DNA of 63,868 bases, counting the filler, from Octopus bimaculoides (taxonomy: Eukaryota), in assembly GCF_001194135.2 (NCBI RefSeq). It is 7 parts of 6 records of this genome, joined end to end, with 100 filler letters (N's around TTAATTAATTAA, not from the genome) between each part and the next. Parts side by side here need not be neighbours in the genome. Positions count along the whole stretch, not along the records: positions 61,902 to 63,868 come from NC_069006.1; 6 more parts are not named here. One strand, written 5' to 3'. Below the pieces are notes generated by a model. That model was not told where the DNA came from. It ran no database searches and saw only the letters and a list, made by a program, of their open reading frames with translations. Of the stretch, positions 62,601 through 63,868 are shown piece after piece. Numbering within the stretch: position 1 is the first letter of the stretch; every line of letters begins with the position of its first letter. The position numbers were made by a program, and so were the translations under genes.

Positions 62601-63535
62601 CATATATATGTATGCACACATACACACACACACACATCTTATCTATAAATGCCAATTTCTATCTGTCTTTCTGTCTGTTACCACCTTATTGCCCAAACCA
62701 GGAAGCCAATCTTCACCAAACTGTGTATACATGTTGAACTAATATCCAGTTCAATTGAATTTCAATAAAAATCGATAATGGACCAGCTTCGGGGGTTGGG
62801 CTATTACATGATAAAAGGAGAGAGATGCAAAATTGTTAGGCTCAGGGAAATGCGCAAAATGATGGTGGGTGATATCAGGGAAGGGGAGGAGATAGATTAG
62901 TATTTCACTAAAAAAACACGTTCTCAACATTTTAATTTCATCTCTCCCCATCCCAATTTCTTCGTTTTTTACTTTTTACCAATTTCGTCACGGAGAGAAA
63001 AAAACAGAGAATACGAATCTTTAAGAATTTTCTTCTTTCTTTTTTCTTAAATGAACAATAAAATCTCCTTCCCAAACATCCACCCATCACCTCACCACTT
63101 TCAAAAAGCTACAAACTCCCAATGTTTAACTTTTAACTTTTTTGGAAAGTAGGGAAGTTTCTTCAGAAATAATGTCGCTTACCTGTTGTTTCTAGCATGT
63201 CGGGTTTTCTGGTGGTGCTCTAATTTTTTTATTCTTTGCGTCTGCTATTTCAGTACAATTCTACGCATGCGTAAAACATCAGAAGAAAGTGAAACATTGG
63301 GTGTTTTTAGCCTTTTGAAAGCGGGTAGGTAATGGATGTCCGAGGAGGGGGAAGGGACATTGAGGGTTTCTTTACGAAAAATTAAACTTTAAAAAATATA
63401 TATATATCCCAGATTCGTAATCTCTGTAATTTTCTACATGGATAAAAAAAATAATAACAGGAAATCGCAAAAGAGTTACAAATTAGGAAATGACAGTTCT
63501 AGGTAAAACATTTAGAAGTATGAAATAAGCCTCTC

Positions 63536-63566
<31 letters not shown>

Positions 63567-63569
<3 letters not shown>

Positions 63570-63780
63570 GTAAAATTGAGAATATCTGTCGTCTGTGTGC
63601 ATCATAAAAACTCGAGAACTACCCAAACGGTTTCATTCAAATTGTATTGTACACATACACTACTTAGGGTCCATGCAGTGTCACAGGCCACAAAAAATGT
63701 TCAGCTTCTTGCCTAATTAGTGTCCAGGACAAACTCTTAAACATTTTCGGTATTACGTGTCAAAAGTGAAACAATAGATT
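63567..63780 (+). mobile_element. Possible DINE-1/HINE (Helentron-associated) element start
   Basis: (TA)n then ...CTGTCGTCTGTG...AACTCGAGAACTACCCAAACGGTTTCATTCAAATT, a layout resembling DINE/HINE 5' ends. Recalled, not searched. Confidence 0.4.
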
Positions 63781-63815
63781 TTTTATAAGGTGAGATAATA
63801 GTTTCAGCTTTTATA

Positions 63816-63847
<32 letters not shown>

Positions 63848-63868
63848 ATGTATGTATATATATATATA

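Overview
AT-rich, repeat-dense eukaryotic (animal) genomic DNA from a fragmented assembly: most N gaps are edged by microsatellites, and six 100-bp gaps carry an artificial TTAATTAATTAA linker. The C2H2 zinc-finger style (HKYIHTGEKPYxCDICGKSF), tRNA-headed SINEs and transposon set suggest a coleoid cephalopod, probably Octopus (inference, not verified). Two host genes are supportable: a minus-strand C2H2 array of at least 18 fingers (53771-55273, 5' end lost in a gap, about 5 further decayed fingers past the stop) and a plus-strand exon encoding a signal peptide plus PAN/apple-like domain (39213-39513). The rest is mostly transposon debris: R4/Dong-like and other restriction-like-endonuclease (RLE) LINEs, RTE LINEs, several SINE families, mariner, DD37D (maT), Tc1 and Chapaev3-like DNA transposons. 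No rRNA, true tRNA gene or CRISPR array. The most interesting signal is retroelement targeting of microsatellites. One RLE LINE family occurs four times, and three copies sit in (CATA)n on both sides in the same orientation. A Dong-like group and a non-coding partner repeat sit in (TAA)n, and an RTE family lands in (AT)n. Also notable: a dimeric SINE seen with both free monomers, a mariner built from two 5' ends, a doubly in-frame-deleted mariner ORF, and an RTE C-terminus with three zinc fingers. All alignments were made by eye, and TE boundaries are approximate (about +/-10-30 bp).
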